Source: an uncultured delta proteobacterium
GTDB taxonomy: Bacteria > Desulfobacterota > Desulfobacteria > Desulfobacterales > JAFDCJ01
DNA: 64,000 nucleotides
Reading direction: 5' to 3'
NCBI GenBank assembly: GCA_963769935.1
Contig: CAVYNY010000016.1
Location: forward strand, 224,001-288,000
Shown: positions 9,160 to 18,816 of the stretch, piece after piece
How positions within the stretch are numbered: position 1 is the first letter of the stretch
Layout: every line of letters begins with the position of its first letter
Position numbers and translations under genes: made by a program
The notes under the pieces: model-generated
What the model saw: the letters and a program-made list of their open reading frames with translations, nothing else
Databases searched by the model: none
Told to the model about the DNA's origin: nothing

Positions 9160-11370
9160 TCACGTTAATGATTGCACATTCTTAAGCCGAATAAGATATT
9201 CGTTGTGATTATTTTCAGCCGTCGCTAAAAATGTCTTTAAATCAGGTGTTAGTTCATGGTCAAAAGAAGTAACAGCACCAGCAAACTTAACGGCGATAGG
9301 AATATTATTAATGATAAAGGGAGACTCATGCAATTTAATTAAAAGCCGCTTCAGGGCAATTTTTCCATTTTTTTCATTCGTCATCGGCAATAATACGATA
9401 ATCGTCTTTTTATTAAGAATGCCTACTATGTCTGCTCCCCTTAGCATACGAATCAATTCCCCCATAACTGAATAGCTGATATCATTTGCATTGATTAAAC
9501 CTGTTGGAACCGGCTTTTGGGGCTGCAAATCAAATACGGAAAATGTTATGGTTGAAAATGGCGTATCATAACGCAGGGAACGATTAATTTCTTTTTCAAT
9601 GTATGTAATTGTATTAACGTAATTTAAGATCCCTTGGGGCACAGATGTTTTTCTATTTCCCTTTAGTTGCTCAGCTTTTATTTTTGTGATTTCGTCGTGA
9701 ACCTGTTGAAAATTGTTTTCATCAATGCTGCCTTCTTCAATACCCTCGCGCACTTTGGCCAAAATTTTGTGGAGCCCGTCTCCTTCGCCAACACTTTCCT
9801 CCAACATTCTGAAAACGGACGTATTTCCAAATTCTTCTTCCACATCCGGGGCATCCGTATGAGGGATCAAGTTGGTTTCCAGTTTCTGCAGAAATTTATC
9901 AATTCTTTCCCTGAGCTTTTTTTCTACAGCGACCAAAACGTCACTATCGACATCTTTCATTTTCAGCTTATTGACCATTTTAGAGCCTAAATTTAGAATA
10001 ACCTCCTGTAATATATTGCTTTCTTTAACGTCTTCATCGGACATTTCAATTGCAAACTTTGAACCGACGCGCTCAAGGTATTCAACCAAAAGCTCTGTCA
10101 GTACTTTTTCATCTCCAGTTCCATTCCTGATCTCCGTGGCCAGATAAATGAGTTCTGCTGCCCCTTCCGGATCTATTTTAAAATTTCTGATCAACTCATC
10201 TCCGTCGAGGCCGATCTTTTCGGCACTGTGCCTAAGAACCTCAGAAATTTCGTCGCTTTGCAGCTCCTTGCCTATTTCTTTAACCAGTTCAACGAAATCA
10301 GAAGCTGGCATCCCTTCTGCTATCATAGCATCCTTTAGCGCGGGGAGCATTCTTTGCAATTCTTTGGCATCCGGGATTAATCGACGCAGTATGTGTCCCA
10401 GTCGCTGAATGGAAATCTCGCCTTTTTTGTATTCTTCTCTGACAAGCTGAATGATTACTCGATCCGAGATACCATTGGCCTCATCCAAAATTTGCTTTTC
10501 GTTTTCATATATAATTCCCAGAGCTTTCTGTTCTTCTATCTTTGCCAATAGATGAGTTTTCATATCAAAAACAGCTTTGGCTAAATCTGAAAGTGGCACC
10601 TCTAATCCCCCGTTTTCAGATTTGTCCAATTCATCTTTTAGTCTGTCGAGTTGCCGGGCGATTATAGAACCAGGGCTACCATGCTGATTCTCCTCGCCTT
10701 TATAATTCGTCAGATCTGTTTCAATTAATTGGTCGGAAACTTTTGTCGGATCTTCAACGAGACTTTTAAGGGAAATCGATTTCTCTAATTCATCTAAGAC
10801 AATATCCTCTGTTATTCGATTCAACACCTCTTTATACATTTCCTCGCGAGGATTATTTCTGTCGTTCTCTTTAAGTTGACTTAATTCACCCTTTAAAACA
10901 ACTTCGTCATCGGATGTCATTTTCTTAAAAAAAACGAAGTTAATTTTTATATTGACCACACCTAAAGCTGAAATTTTGGATTTCATAACTTCCGCATTTG
11001 GAAATTTTTTCTGATCGCAAAATACTCCAAAAAAACCTTCAATTTCCGACTCACTGACGCCAGACTCAAAGGATATTGACTCAATAGCCGTATTTTTGAA
11101 ATGTGCCAACATTCTTGAAGTGTTAAGCCGGGAATCAAAAGGTTCATCATCTATAAAAAAATGGTCGTGATTCATGATAAGAACAATTGGAGTGGATGAG
11201 TGGAGTCCTTCACTAATGGTACCATAAAATTCTCTGATCGCGTCAACCGTATAAGGATGTTCCATTTTATACATTGCCACCCTATTAAAAACGAGGCAGA
11301 AAGACCTTCCAATTTTATCAAAGGTTTTATTGTCAGGATTTGGCTTGTTAATTGCTCGAAAATTTTGCAT
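9160..11370 (-). CDS. Large helical protein with C-terminal degenerate GGDEF domain
   Basis: EINRSLRYDTPFS...LRGADIVGILNKKTIIVLLP: GGDEF-fold pattern, RxxD kept, GGDEF motif lost. Confidence 0.7.
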   Translation of the reverse strand: MQNFRAINKPNPDNKTFDKIGRSFCLVFNRVAMYKMEHPYTVDAIREFYGTISEGLHSSTPIVLIMNHDHFFIDDEPFDSRLNTSRMLAHFKNTAIESISFESGVSESEIEGFFGVFCDQKKFPNAEVMKSKISALGVVNIKINFVFFKKMTSDDEVVLKGELSQLKENDRNNPREEMYKEVLNRITEDIVLDELEKSISLKSLVEDPTKVSDQLIETDLTNYKGEENQHGSPGSIIARQLDRLKDELDKSENGGLEVPLSDLAKAVFDMKTHLLAKIEEQKALGIIYENEKQILDEANGISDRVIIQLVREEYKKGEISIQRLGHILRRLIPDAKELQRMLPALKDAMIAEGMPASDFVELVKEIGKELQSDEISEVLRHSAEKIGLDGDELIRNFKIDPEGAAELIYLATEIRNGTGDEKVLTELLVEYLERVGSKFAIEMSDEDVKESNILQEVILNLGSKMVNKLKMKDVDSDVLVAVEKKLRERIDKFLQKLETNLIPHTDAPDVEEEFGNTSVFRMLEESVGEGDGLHKILAKVREGIEEGSIDENNFQQVHDEITKIKAEQLKGNRKTSVPQGILNYVNTITYIEKEINRSLRYDTPFSTITFSVFDLQPQKPVPTGLINANDISYSVMGELIRMLRGADIVGILNKKTIIVLLPMTNEKNGKIALKRLLIKLHESPFIINNIPIAVKFAGAVTSFDHELTPDLKTFLATAENNHNEYLIRLKNVQSLT

Positions 11371-11373
11371 TTT

Positions 11374-12267
11374 TTATAAGAACCTTTTTTTATACCATTT
11401 AAGATCTTTTATGAAATCCTTGCATGTTGGATATCGATGCTCCGGCACATAGGCTGTCGCCCGGCGCACGATTTTATCCATATCCCTATTGAGAGCCGGG
11501 TTTAGCTCTGAGGGTTCCTGCCTGAATATTCCTTCTTTTTTTAAGAGCTTATGCTCGAGCAGTTCTTCAAAGGAATTATAATTCTGCATAGGCAGGGCAA
11601 GCACCAACATTTGAAAAAGCATCGTACCCACCGCATAAATATCTGTTCGTCCGTCAACCGCAGACCCAATTATTTGTTCAGGCGCCATATAAAGGGGAGA
11701 TCCTCCCGCGGTTTGATTTTCGTTTTTTTCTCCACGCAACACTCTGGCGACGCCAAAATCTGAAATAAGCGGCCGGGCGGTGTGGTTTTCAACCAGTATA
11801 TTATCCGGCTTGATATCCATATGGACGATGTCATGTGAATGGGCATAATCCAATGCATCAAGAACCTGAATGATGATTTGGATTGATTTTTTTACGGGCA
11901 AAACACGCCTCGAAGGAATGATCTGTTTTTTTTTCTCTTTCAGGATTTTCGACAAAGTAGCGCCTTGCACGAATTGCATAGTGAAATACAAAAACTCATC
12001 GGTCTCGCCGACTTCATATATCTGGATGATATTCGGATGGGATAAAATTGCAGCTGCCTCGGCTTCAGTTTGAAACAGATCTGCCTTTTCAGGATTCAGG
12101 AGACTTCTCGGCAAAATTTTTACCGCTATCTGGCGTTTGAGTGTTTGCTGATAGGCAATGAACACAACAGCCATTCCACCTCGGGCTATTTCCTTTAAAA
12201 TAGTTGCAGTACCGATCCGCTCACCGATAAATCGTTTGGCGTCTATGTTTTCGATCGATTCCATCAT
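11374..12267 (-). CDS. Soluble Hanks-type Ser/Thr protein kinase (non-RD)
   Basis: RGGMAVV, AVKIL, HMDIKPDN, DFG and YMAPE motifs. Confidence 0.92.
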   Translation of the reverse strand: MMESIENIDAKRFIGERIGTATILKEIARGGMAVVFIAYQQTLKRQIAVKILPRSLLNPEKADLFQTEAEAAAILSHPNIIQIYEVGETDEFLYFTMQFVQGATLSKILKEKKKQIIPSRRVLPVKKSIQIIIQVLDALDYAHSHDIVHMDIKPDNILVENHTARPLISDFGVARVLRGEKNENQTAGGSPLYMAPEQIIGSAVDGRTDIYAVGTMLFQMLVLALPMQNYNSFEELLEHKLLKKEGIFRQEPSELNPALNRDMDKIVRRATAYVPEHRYPTCKDFIKDLKWYKKRFL

Positions 12268-12344
12268 CGGATCTTCTTTTTATTAAAATGCAAAATTAAC
12301 AGCTAAATTCAGGCCTGTTAGTTAAAGTGCATTATCCGCACTAT

Positions 12345-12372
12345 ATATCGGCAGGTGTAAAAGGAAGCTTTA
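12345..12372 (-). promoter_or_regulatory. sigma28-type promoter upstream of the kinase gene
   Basis: Minus strand reads TAAA-N16-GCCGATAT. Confidence 0.65.
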
Positions 12373-12549
12373 TTAAAACTTTATTTGACAAGGTAAAAAT
12401 GAATACCCTTGAGGAAAAATGTTCTTTGATGTTTCAGTGCATACTTGAAAATTAGATCAGACATAACATTCTGATATCTATTTAATTCTTGCAATTTGGG
12501 GTTGTTTTCATTTATAATTTTCTTGTACTCATTCAGGAAAAAAGGATTC

Positions 12550-14235
12550 ATGGCAAATCTGAAATACGTATCAAAATCAAATATTGTTAGAATTATCCTG
12601 TTTCTGCTGCTAACCTCCATGGTCTATTTAGGTTTGAGCTTTCGCAACCGGCAAGCTTTTAAGCAGGATTTTGCTGCGCACAGACCCACCGCTCAGCATG
12701 GCTATATTTATGATTACGCCGAAATTGTTCAGGATATGGAAGAATCCATCGACCGCTACCTGCAGGTCATTCAAAGCGGCTATGCCATTGAAGCGGTTAT
12801 TGTGACCGTACCGGCTTTGCCGCCAAACCACAGCATCGAGTCACTGGCGGCAACGCTTTTCAGCAACTGGAAAATAGGTCAAACCACCGGCGGCAGGGGA
12901 ATCCTGTTAATTTTTGCGGATAAAGAAAAACTTATAAAAATTGAAGTTTCCTATGAATTGGAGGATGTTTTTACCGACATCTTCTGCGGTTATATTGAAG
13001 ACAAGCAGCTCAAAAATTATTTTTTAAGCAACCAGCTCAATATCGGACTGGTGGCGGTGCTGGAAGAAATCGAGCAGCGGGCTCAAATCAAGCAGCAGGC
13101 CGACTACACGGTGGCCGACATTGACCGGCTGGACCGGGAGTTGCTGTCCGGCGGGGCCGGCGCCAAAAGGCAATTATCCGACTTTCAGCCGGAAACGGCT
13201 GCGGCGGCAGCAGAAAATTATCCGGCCGGCCGCACCCCGGATGAAGCCTGGCAGACATTGATCCGCAGCTGGGAGAATAAAGTGCGCGATCCGGACCTGG
13301 GGGTTTACACCCATATCACCCGACTGGCCTATCGTGATTTCCAAAACCTGCCCAACTCCCGTTACGAGGAGGATGCTCAGACCTACAAAAACAAGCCCTA
13401 CGAGGTCATCCAGGACGGACCCTATGCGGTCATTTTCTTCGGAAAAGATAAAGGCTGGACAAATGCACCATTTTTATTCTGCCGCACTGATTCCGGCTGG
13501 CAGTTTGACATCGTCCATCAGCGCAAGTACGTGCGCATGGGCAAAACCCCCCACTGGGGTATCGAACGGTCCGACTATCCTTATGTTGAGCTTTTGTCCG
13601 GCTGCCCGTTCTGGATGAATCAGGACATTCCCCTGCCGGGCGATGATGTGTACCGCATCGGTGACGACCGCCTCCTGGCGGATGAAATCCTTCGCCTGGA
13701 AGCCGCCTATGCCGAAGAACCCGAAAATTTTCAAACCGTCATGCAGCTGGGCCGGCTTTACACCATCACAGCACTAAGCCCCCAAAAGCGGATTGTCTAT
13801 TTAAAAAAAGCCAAACATCTGAACCCCGACAGTCCGGAGCCCTATAAGTATCTGGCCATCGTTTATCTTGATGCGTTTTACCAGTTTGAAACAGCCATTA
13901 AAGAGATTTCGGCATACGTGGTGCGGAGGCCGGATGATGTCTTCGGCCGCAACTATCTTGGCTATCTTTACTACTGTGTCAAAAAATACAAGCCGGCCAT
14001 CGACGAACTAAAAAAGGCCGTTGAACTGGAATCGGATAACTGTTATGCCTTGGCTAAGTTGGCTCGGGTTTACGCCGCCCTTTACCTGAACTCTGCTGAA
14101 ATCGATCCCCGGCGTTCCGACCACCGCGGCAAGGCCCTGGAAATGTTTGCCCGGGCGTCGGCCGTACCGACCCCGGACACCCGGAGGATCAAATGGCTGC
14201 GGCGGTATTTGGTCAGGAAAGGGGTTTTGGAGTAG
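12550..14235 (+). CDS. TPM-domain plus TPR-repeat membrane-anchored protein
   Basis: N-terminal TM helix; YIYDYAEI...WKIG...GILL...IEVSYELE (TPM domain); C-terminal TPRs; AAGGA before ATG 12550. Confidence 0.8.
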   Translation: MANLKYVSKSNIVRIILFLLLTSMVYLGLSFRNRQAFKQDFAAHRPTAQHGYIYDYAEIVQDMEESIDRYLQVIQSGYAIEAVIVTVPALPPNHSIESLAATLFSNWKIGQTTGGRGILLIFADKEKLIKIEVSYELEDVFTDIFCGYIEDKQLKNYFLSNQLNIGLVAVLEEIEQRAQIKQQADYTVADIDRLDRELLSGGAGAKRQLSDFQPETAAAAAENYPAGRTPDEAWQTLIRSWENKVRDPDLGVYTHITRLAYRDFQNLPNSRYEEDAQTYKNKPYEVIQDGPYAVIFFGKDKGWTNAPFLFCRTDSGWQFDIVHQRKYVRMGKTPHWGIERSDYPYVELLSGCPFWMNQDIPLPGDDVYRIGDDRLLADEILRLEAAYAEEPENFQTVMQLGRLYTITALSPQKRIVYLKKAKHLNPDSPEPYKYLAIVYLDAFYQFETAIKEISAYVVRRPDDVFGRNYLGYLYYCVKKYKPAIDELKKAVELESDNCYALAKLARVYAALYLNSAEIDPRRSDHRGKALEMFARASAVPTPDTRRIKWLRRYLVRKGVLE

Positions 14236-14241
14236 ATATTT

Positions 14242-14772
14242 ATGCTCAAACTTCGAATTTTAATTTTAGGCCTGGCAACGTTGATGCTGCAGGTATCCTG
14301 CGCGGTAATCTCGCCACAGCTAAGAAAAGACGCCGCACCGCCGGTGCCTTTCAAAACGCTGCTGGCCGAAGCCGACCGATACAAGGGGCGCATCGTTATT
14401 CTGGCGGGCTATATTCTGGAGACCAGGAACCTGGAATCTGAGACGATCATTAGGGTCCTGCAGGTTCCCTTCAGATCAGGGGAGGAACCGGACTCGAAGG
14501 ACCGGTCGCAGGGAAGGTTTAAAATTTATCACGAAGGTTTTCTGGACCCGGAGGTGTACGCCAAAGACCGGGCCATCACAGTGGCCGGCGAGGTGATCGG
14601 CACCGAATATGAGGAAATCGGCACCGACCGGATTCAATATTTAAAATTAATAGACCGCGAAATCTACCTGTGGCCGGAATATGAAACCCGACCGCGCCCC
14701 TACCCTCTCTGGCCGTATCCCTACTACCGTTACCAGTATCCCTATTATCCATACCCTTACTGGGACTGGTAA
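14242..14772 (+). CDS. Slp-family outer-membrane lipoprotein
   Basis: Lipobox VSC; GRF..GFLDPEVY..R.ITVAG; Tyr/Pro-rich tail. Confidence 0.85.
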   Translation: MLKLRILILGLATLMLQVSCAVISPQLRKDAAPPVPFKTLLAEADRYKGRIVILAGYILETRNLESETIIRVLQVPFRSGEEPDSKDRSQGRFKIYHEGFLDPEVYAKDRAITVAGEVIGTEYEEIGTDRIQYLKLIDREIYLWPEYETRPRPYPLWPYPYYRYQYPYYPYPYWDW

Positions 14773-14889
14773 TTTTCGTTACATCCTGGGATTGATAGCG
14801 GCTGGAAGACTGGGAAGCATGGAGACTGCAAGCTGCTTTAAAGTCTTCTTGGTAGATTCTTTGCATTTTATGCAATCCGCCTTGGGCGG

Positions 14890-15011
14890 ATCACCACGAA
14901 AACACGAAATTTTGAAAGCACGAAATTTATCTAATCATCTTTTCGTGTTTCCGTCCTTTCGTGCTTTTGTGATTAATTTGTCCTTTTTAGTTCCGGCTTG
15001 TCCGGGTTAGG
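14890..15011 (+). repeat. Palindromic CACGAAA/TTTCGTG element plus TTCCGGCTTGTCCGGGTTAGG tail (copy 1)
   Basis: Inverted arms; near-identical copy at 17611-17768. Confidence 0.85.
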
Positions 15012-15057
15012 AACTTCAACTTCAAGGCTTCCCGGCCTTCCAGCCACTGATCCCAAT

Positions 15058-15552
15058 TCAATCTACCTTAAAGAATACCTTGGCCTTGGCCTTGCACACC
15101 GGGCACTCGTCGGGCGGTTCATTTTCGCAGGTGTAGCCGCAAACGCCGCAGACATAGTAATCGACTTCCTCCGGACTTGCCAGACTATCCAGCGCCTTCT
15201 GGTAGAGCGCGGCATGGATCTTCTCCACCTCATTGGCATAGGTAAAGCTGCGTTCGGCAGCTTTATCTTCCTCTTTTTTGGCTGTTTCGATCATCGGCGG
15301 ATACATGCTTTCAAATTCGTAGGTTTCGCCGCCGATCGCCTCTTTGAGGTTGTCGGCCGTGCTGCCGACTCCTTTAAGGGCTCTGAGATGGGTATGGGCG
15401 TGAACGGTCTCGGCTTCTGCCGCCGCGCGGAAAAGTTTGGCCACCTGGGCGTAGCCTTCCCGGTCCGCTTTCTGGGCAAAAGCAAGATACTTTCGGTTGG
15501 CCTGGGATTCGCCGGCAAATGCTTCCTTCAAATTTTGTTCAGACTTACTCAT
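15058..15552 (-). CDS. rbr: Rubrerythrin
   Basis: AFAGESQA, EAETVHA, EVEKIH and C-terminal CGVC..CPVC; AGGAGG before ATG 15552. Confidence 0.93.
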   Translation of the reverse strand: MSKSEQNLKEAFAGESQANRKYLAFAQKADREGYAQVAKLFRAAAEAETVHAHTHLRALKGVGSTADNLKEAIGGETYEFESMYPPMIETAKKEEDKAAERSFTYANEVEKIHAALYQKALDSLASPEEVDYYVCGVCGYTCENEPPDECPVCKAKAKVFFKVD

Positions 15553-15765
15553 TAATTTCCTCCTTTTGTTATCAAAAAAATTATTTTGGACCTCTTCCAG
15601 TGGGAACTGCGAAGTTCTCATTGTCACAATTCTCAAAATAGACTCATGGGCTTCCAGTCCTCAAACCTATAAAAAATCTGCCGCCGCATCATCTGAAAAA
15701 TACAAAATAGCGCGGTTTTTAGTTAAAAAGTCTGCCATGATATCAACGCTGGAGAAAACATAATA

Positions 15766-15781
15766 AACAATTTCCATGCCA
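15766..15781 (-). promoter_or_regulatory. Possible sigma54 promoter for rubrerythrin
   Basis: Minus strand TGGCAT-N5-TTGTT; the -12 GC is imperfect. Confidence 0.3.
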
Positions 15782-16248
15782 GGATAATAATCATCGAAAA
15801 AATTGAATATAATCATATAATTTCAAAAGGTTAACTAATTTTAGGCTACAAGACCTTTGAGATTGATGGAAACGATTCTGAATGATATTTGAGACATTTT
15901 TCAGCAAGGCAGCTGGCGGAACCGATTAAGAAACCTGGCTGGTTGGACCTATTACCGATTGGGAAATGTTTCAATAAAAATTCGAATCAATAGTGTCTCA
16001 CTGAACAATACCATGGAAAGAAAGTAATTCCGGTCCAACAGCTTGAATTTATAAAACTAATTTATCACTTTACTGATTAGTAAAAGACCTGTCAAGATTT
16101 TAATTGAAATGGACAACCATCTGATCTGGCTGGGATAGCCCTAATCCTTGACAATATCCACATAATCGTGATTAATTCAAATCCGCATACGCCGGCAGAA
16201 ACTGACCCATCCGAACCCATAGCCGGCAACCTGAAATGCGGAAACCAT

Positions 16249-16290
16249 AACCCGAAACGCGCAACCCGTAACGCGCAACACGCAACACGA
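16249..16290 (+). repeat. 7-mer tandem arm (AACVCGH)x6 abutting the thiolase RBS
   Basis: aacccga aacgcgc aacccgt aacgcgc aacacgc aacacga; same family as 48420-48456. Confidence 0.75.
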
Positions 16291-16304
16291 AAAAGGAGTT
16301 TCTG

Positions 16305-17555
16305 ATGAACGACGTAGTAATTGCTTCAGCCTGTAGAACCGCCATCGGATCCTTTGGCGGGACCCTGCGCAGCAGTCATGCCGCCACCATCGCCAGTGTG
16401 ACCATGAAAGCAGCCGTCCACAGAGCCGGTATCGATCCGTCGATTATAGATGATGTCCGCTACGGGTGCTGTATGGAGCCGGTCGACACCCTAAACGTAA
16501 CCCGCATTGCGGCCCTGCTGGCCGGAATTCCGGATGCGGTGACCGCGGTCACCATCAACCGGGTCTGTATTTCCGGCATGGAAGCGGTGATCTCCGGCAT
16601 GGCTATGATCCAGGCCGGCATGGCCGACGTAATTCTGGCCGGCGGAGTGGAACATATGTCCGGGGTGCCCTATTCCGTGGCCGCCGCCAGATGGGGCTGT
16701 CGCCTCCAGGACCATGAATTTGTCGATAACATTATCCGAGGACTGCATTGCGGATCGCATGTCATCCCGCACCCCGAAGACGGACCGGTGGACGCTGAGA
16801 AACCACCGTTGAGCTATTTTAAGGGCAAACCCTATATCATGGGACATACTGCCGAGTTCATTGCCCAGCACCTTGATATCAGTCGGGAAGAAATGGACGA
16901 AGTCGCTTTAAGGAGCCATAACAACGTCGAAAGGGCGACCAGCGACGGGTCCTTTGCCGAAGAAATCGTACCGCTGGAAATTCCACAAAGAAAAGGGGAT
17001 CCGATCATTTTTGACAAGGATGAACACTTCAGGCCGGGCCTGACACTCGAAAAACTGCAGTCATTGCCGCCGGCCTTCGTGCCGAAGATCGGCAAAGTAA
17101 CGGCCGGCAACTCCAGCGGCATCAATGACGGATCAGCCGCGCTGGTAATCATGTCCGCCGCCAGAGCCAAGGAATTAAACATCCGGCCCCTGGCCCGGAT
17201 CATAGCCGTGGGCAGAGGCGCCTGCCATCCATCCGTGATGGGCTTATCCCCGGTTCCGGCAGTTAAGCAGTTGTTGACCAAAAGCGGTTTGAAACTGGAA
17301 GATTTCGAACTGATCGAAGTCAATGAAGCCTTTGCGGCCCAGTACCTGGGCTGTGAAAAAGAGCTGGGGTTGAACAGGGAAATCACCAATGTCAATGGGT
17401 CCGGCATCGGACTCGGGCATCCGGTGGGTGCCACCGGCGCCCGGCTCATCGTCACCCTCATCCACGCCATGCAAAAAAGAGGCAACACGCTGGGTCTGGC
17501 GACGCTGTGCGGCGGTGGTGGGGTATCGATGGCGACTGCTGTGGAAATGATCTGA
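16305..17555 (+). CDS. Acetyl-CoA C-acyltransferase (thiolase)
   Basis: INRVCISG, NEAF, GHPVGATG and LCGGGG motifs. Confidence 0.95.
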   Translation: MNDVVIASACRTAIGSFGGTLRSSHAATIASVTMKAAVHRAGIDPSIIDDVRYGCCMEPVDTLNVTRIAALLAGIPDAVTAVTINRVCISGMEAVISGMAMIQAGMADVILAGGVEHMSGVPYSVAAARWGCRLQDHEFVDNIIRGLHCGSHVIPHPEDGPVDAEKPPLSYFKGKPYIMGHTAEFIAQHLDISREEMDEVALRSHNNVERATSDGSFAEEIVPLEIPQRKGDPIIFDKDEHFRPGLTLEKLQSLPPAFVPKIGKVTAGNSSGINDGSAALVIMSAARAKELNIRPLARIIAVGRGACHPSVMGLSPVPAVKQLLTKSGLKLEDFELIEVNEAFAAQYLGCEKELGLNREITNVNGSGIGLGHPVGATGARLIVTLIHAMQKRGNTLGLATLCGGGGVSMATAVEMI

Positions 17556-17610
17556 TCAGTCGCGTAGAATCTTAATTGCTATTTCTTTGCAGTTTATGAA
17601 AAAATTTTTT

Positions 17611-17768
17611 ATCACGAAAACACGAAATATAGAAAGCACGAAAATTATCTTTTATTACTTTCGTGTTTTCGCCTGCCCCGTTAAACTTTTTTTTCTCCGT
17701 TTAACCGGGGTCCTTTCGTGCTTTCGTGATTAATTTGTTCTTTCTGGCCTTGGCTTGTCCAGGTTAGG
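17611..17768 (+). repeat. Palindromic CACGAAA element (copy 2) with a nested 39-bp hairpin insertion at 17672-17710
   Basis: Aligns with 14890-15011 apart from the inserted CCTGCCCCGTTAAAC...GTTTAACCGGGG and scattered substitutions. Confidence 0.85.
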
Positions 17769-17777
17769 AGGTTGCAG

Positions 17778-18524
17778 ATGAAAAAAGCGCTATTTTGCTG
17801 CCTGTGTTTATCATTAGTGATTCTCTTTCCATTCTGTTTGCTTGCCGCCGATTATCTCGTGGAAGCCGACAAGCTGTTTAACCAGGGGGGACTCGATAAT
17901 TTCAAGCAGGCCGTCGAGCTCTATCAAAAAGCGCTGGCCGAAAATCCCGGCAGCTATGAAGCCAACTGGAAATGCGCCCGGGCTCACCGTGAATACGGCA
18001 ATGCCGCCAAGATCCAAAAAATGGAGGGTTGGAAGGACATCTGCGCCAAATACGGCAAGGAAGGTATGCAATACGCTCAGCAGGCGATCGCGATCGAACC
18101 TGAAAAACCGGATGGATACTATTACTACGGGCTCAATGTGGGCATCTACTCCGATGGGGTAAGTATCTTTACGGCCCTGTCGGAAGGTTTGAAAGACAAA
18201 ACCCAAAAAAGTTTTGAAAAAACATATGCTATCGACAAAATGTACAAAGAAGGCGGCCCGATGATTGCGCTTGGGCGCTTCTGGCAAGTGCTTCCCTGGC
18301 CCATGTACGACCGCAAGAAGTCCTTGCAATATTACCGGGAATATCAGGCCACCAAATATTTCGCAGACAACATCGAGATGCACGTCTATCTCGGCGAGTT
18401 GTTGATCCAGATGGGCGGCGATAAAAATAAGGCTGAAGCCAAAGGTTACCTGGAAAAGGCCGCCCATTCGGACGATCCATATTTTAGAGACCGGGCTTTG
18501 GAGCTACTATCCAAAATTAAGTAA
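17778..18524 (+). CDS. Exported TPR-repeat protein
   Basis: Signal peptide, TPR-like helices, AGGAGG RBS. Confidence 0.75.
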   Translation: MKKALFCCLCLSLVILFPFCLLAADYLVEADKLFNQGGLDNFKQAVELYQKALAENPGSYEANWKCARAHREYGNAAKIQKMEGWKDICAKYGKEGMQYAQQAIAIEPEKPDGYYYYGLNVGIYSDGVSIFTALSEGLKDKTQKSFEKTYAIDKMYKEGGPMIALGRFWQVLPWPMYDRKKSLQYYREYQATKYFADNIEMHVYLGELLIQMGGDKNKAEAKGYLEKAAHSDDPYFRDRALELLSKIK

Positions 18525-18577
18525 CTTTCGACGGGGAGTTCGTTAATAATATTTTTATGAATTTTCCCAAAAAACCC

Positions 18578-18756
18578 AAAAAACAAGCACCAAATTCCAA
18601 ATAAATTCGAAATTCCAATTACCGAAACGAGTAACGATATACTTTGAGCGTTTTTGATCAGCTTAGGTTATATATTCAATATCAAGTCTTTGTTTTGAAT
18701 TTGCTTTTTTGGTCATTGGGTATTGTTTGTAATTTGAGATTTGTTATTTGTTTTTT
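18578..18756. repeat. Imperfect palindromic element with 7-mer arms (CAAATTC / GAATTTG-like)
   Basis: C/A-rich left arm and complementary G/T-rich right arm. Confidence 0.65.
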
Positions 18757-18816
18757 CCAATCACGCGGAAATTTGGCAAAAAATACCTTTAGCAAAGACC
18801 AGTCTGAGGTTATGCC

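Noticed and set aside
14998..15555. 185-aa plus-strand ORF
   Set aside because: Antisense to rubrerythrin and starts inside a repeat tail.
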